Positions 62,665 through 64,000 of a stretch of 64,000 nucleotides of DNA are shown in pieces (the stretch's first letter is position 1; the number at the start of each line of letters is the position of its first letter). A program made the translations under genes and the position numbers. Source of the DNA: Hydrolagus colliei (taxonomy: Eukaryota); contig CM068771.1 in assembly GCA_035084275.1 (NCBI GenBank), positions 1,178,001 through 1,242,000 on the forward strand, given 5' to 3'. The notes under the pieces were generated by a model. It was not told where the DNA came from, searched no databases, and saw only the letters and a program-made list of their open reading frames with translations.

Positions 62665-63569
62665 TCAAATATTATGATGTGAATGGCGCAGAAAGTGATT
62701 GATGGGATAAGTAAAGACGGATTTCAGGCGCTGTCTGAATTGGGTCTGGGTCACTCCATAGATGAAGGTATTGGTGCAGGAGCTGAGGGACTCCAGCATG
62801 AAACCCACCTCCTCAGCTATGGTGAAAGGGCTGCTGTAGTCAGACTGAAGTAGCTTTGCCGCGGTCATCATCGCATACATGTAGGTGACGATAAAAGTCA
62901 TCCATAGCAACACAAAGCTGCTCGAAATAGTAAAGAGCAGGATTATAGATTTCTGCCGACTCTCCATCTCCTCGTCCCTCCGCTTTGCAGCCCCCCTTAG
63001 ACGCTGCCTCACCCTGCTGGCCACCAACACCTGTCTGATGGTCAGAGAGTTGAAGAGGACAATGAGGATGAAGGGAATCAGTGGATTCACAATCATGTCA
63101 GTAAAGGCAAAGACTCTCCAGCCAAGAGCAGTATAACAGCTGGGCTTGACAGTGCAGAACCAGGGCTGTCCATTGATTATCATCCTCATTTGGAATGCAA
63201 AACAGAGGGGGATGTTCTCCAAGCATAAAAATACACAGATTGTCCAGATCACCAGGCTCGCTGTCCTCTCAGTGCAGTATTTGGGTTTGAGCTTTGGGCA
63301 GCAGATGGCAATGAAGCGGTCGAAGGTGAAGGCCATGGTCAGCCAGACAGAGGTTTCAAGTACGATTGAGCGCAGCATAAGGTGTACTCGGCAAACGGGT
63401 GTACGGAACAAGGGCAAGTTTGGCAGGTGGAGCAGAAATGTCTTCCTCAGGATCACAGCAATGAATATGACCAGCAAATCAGCAACAGCCATTGCGACCA
63501 GGTAGCGGGTGACACATTTGGAGAGTCCACACATTCCCTGGGCCAGGAACACAATGGTCACCGCGATCG
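62665..63569 (-). CDS. GPR139-like GPCR g8, coding exon 2; exon 1 lies beyond the window
   Basis: Acceptor ttttctgcag|CG ATC GCG; 905-nt open exon. Confidence 0.9.
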
Positions 63570-64000
63570 CTGCAGAAAAGTCACAAACATAAATTTTCTA
63601 ACCCTGGGCACATAAATGACACTGACTCATATTTCGTCACGCCTGATGTGAAACTATCATTCTAATGTTGGATGCTTAGAAAGTCATTCAGACCTCAAAC
63701 CAAATTAATTAATTTTCCGTGATTATTACTGCCTGGAAAAGCAAGCTTCCAATATACTAAGATCTGACGATTTCTAACTTTCAATGATTGCTCTAACCAT
63801 GGTGCCACAGGATTTATCATCTCAAACTGTTGGAATGAATTCCATCTTCTGTGAGTGACGCGTTAGACAGGTGCCAAAGACACGCCGGTCAGGAATACTT
63901 TAAGGCTGACGAAAAATCAGTAACCTGAATTATAAACACAATTTTGAGTGGGAAGCTTTCCAACTGGGCCTGTTTCCAAACTGAATATGATTGAGCAGAC

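Overview
Eukaryotic, repeat-rich vertebrate DNA, most likely from a cartilaginous fish (a chimaera/holocephalan is suggested by the SINE, CR1 and L2 content; this is inference). Three gene systems are interleaved. (1) A tandem cluster of eight two-exon GPR139/GPR142-like class A GPCR loci: six with open main exons and two pseudogenes fused at an inversion breakpoint. (2) A duplicated Arg-Phe-Pro tRNA cassette in which tRNA-Arg(TCG) and tRNA-Pro(TGG/AGG) carry introns at the canonical 37/38 position and obey the anticodon-intron pairing rule, although these isotypes are normally intronless in vertebrates. (3) A four-coding-exon C2H2 zinc-finger gene (about 488 aa, minus strand) that looks PRDM9-derived: it keeps an SSXRD-like exon, PRDM9-like exon phases and a degenerate post-SET finger, but shows no PR/SET or KRAB exons. 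The remainder is CR1 and L2 LINE fragments, tRNA-derived SINEs, a Tigger/pogo element, a putative MITE, a fold-back repeat with a hammerhead-like core, a (CA)n compound satellite and two N gaps. All homology calls come from recalled motifs, not database searches. Repeat boundaries are approximate.
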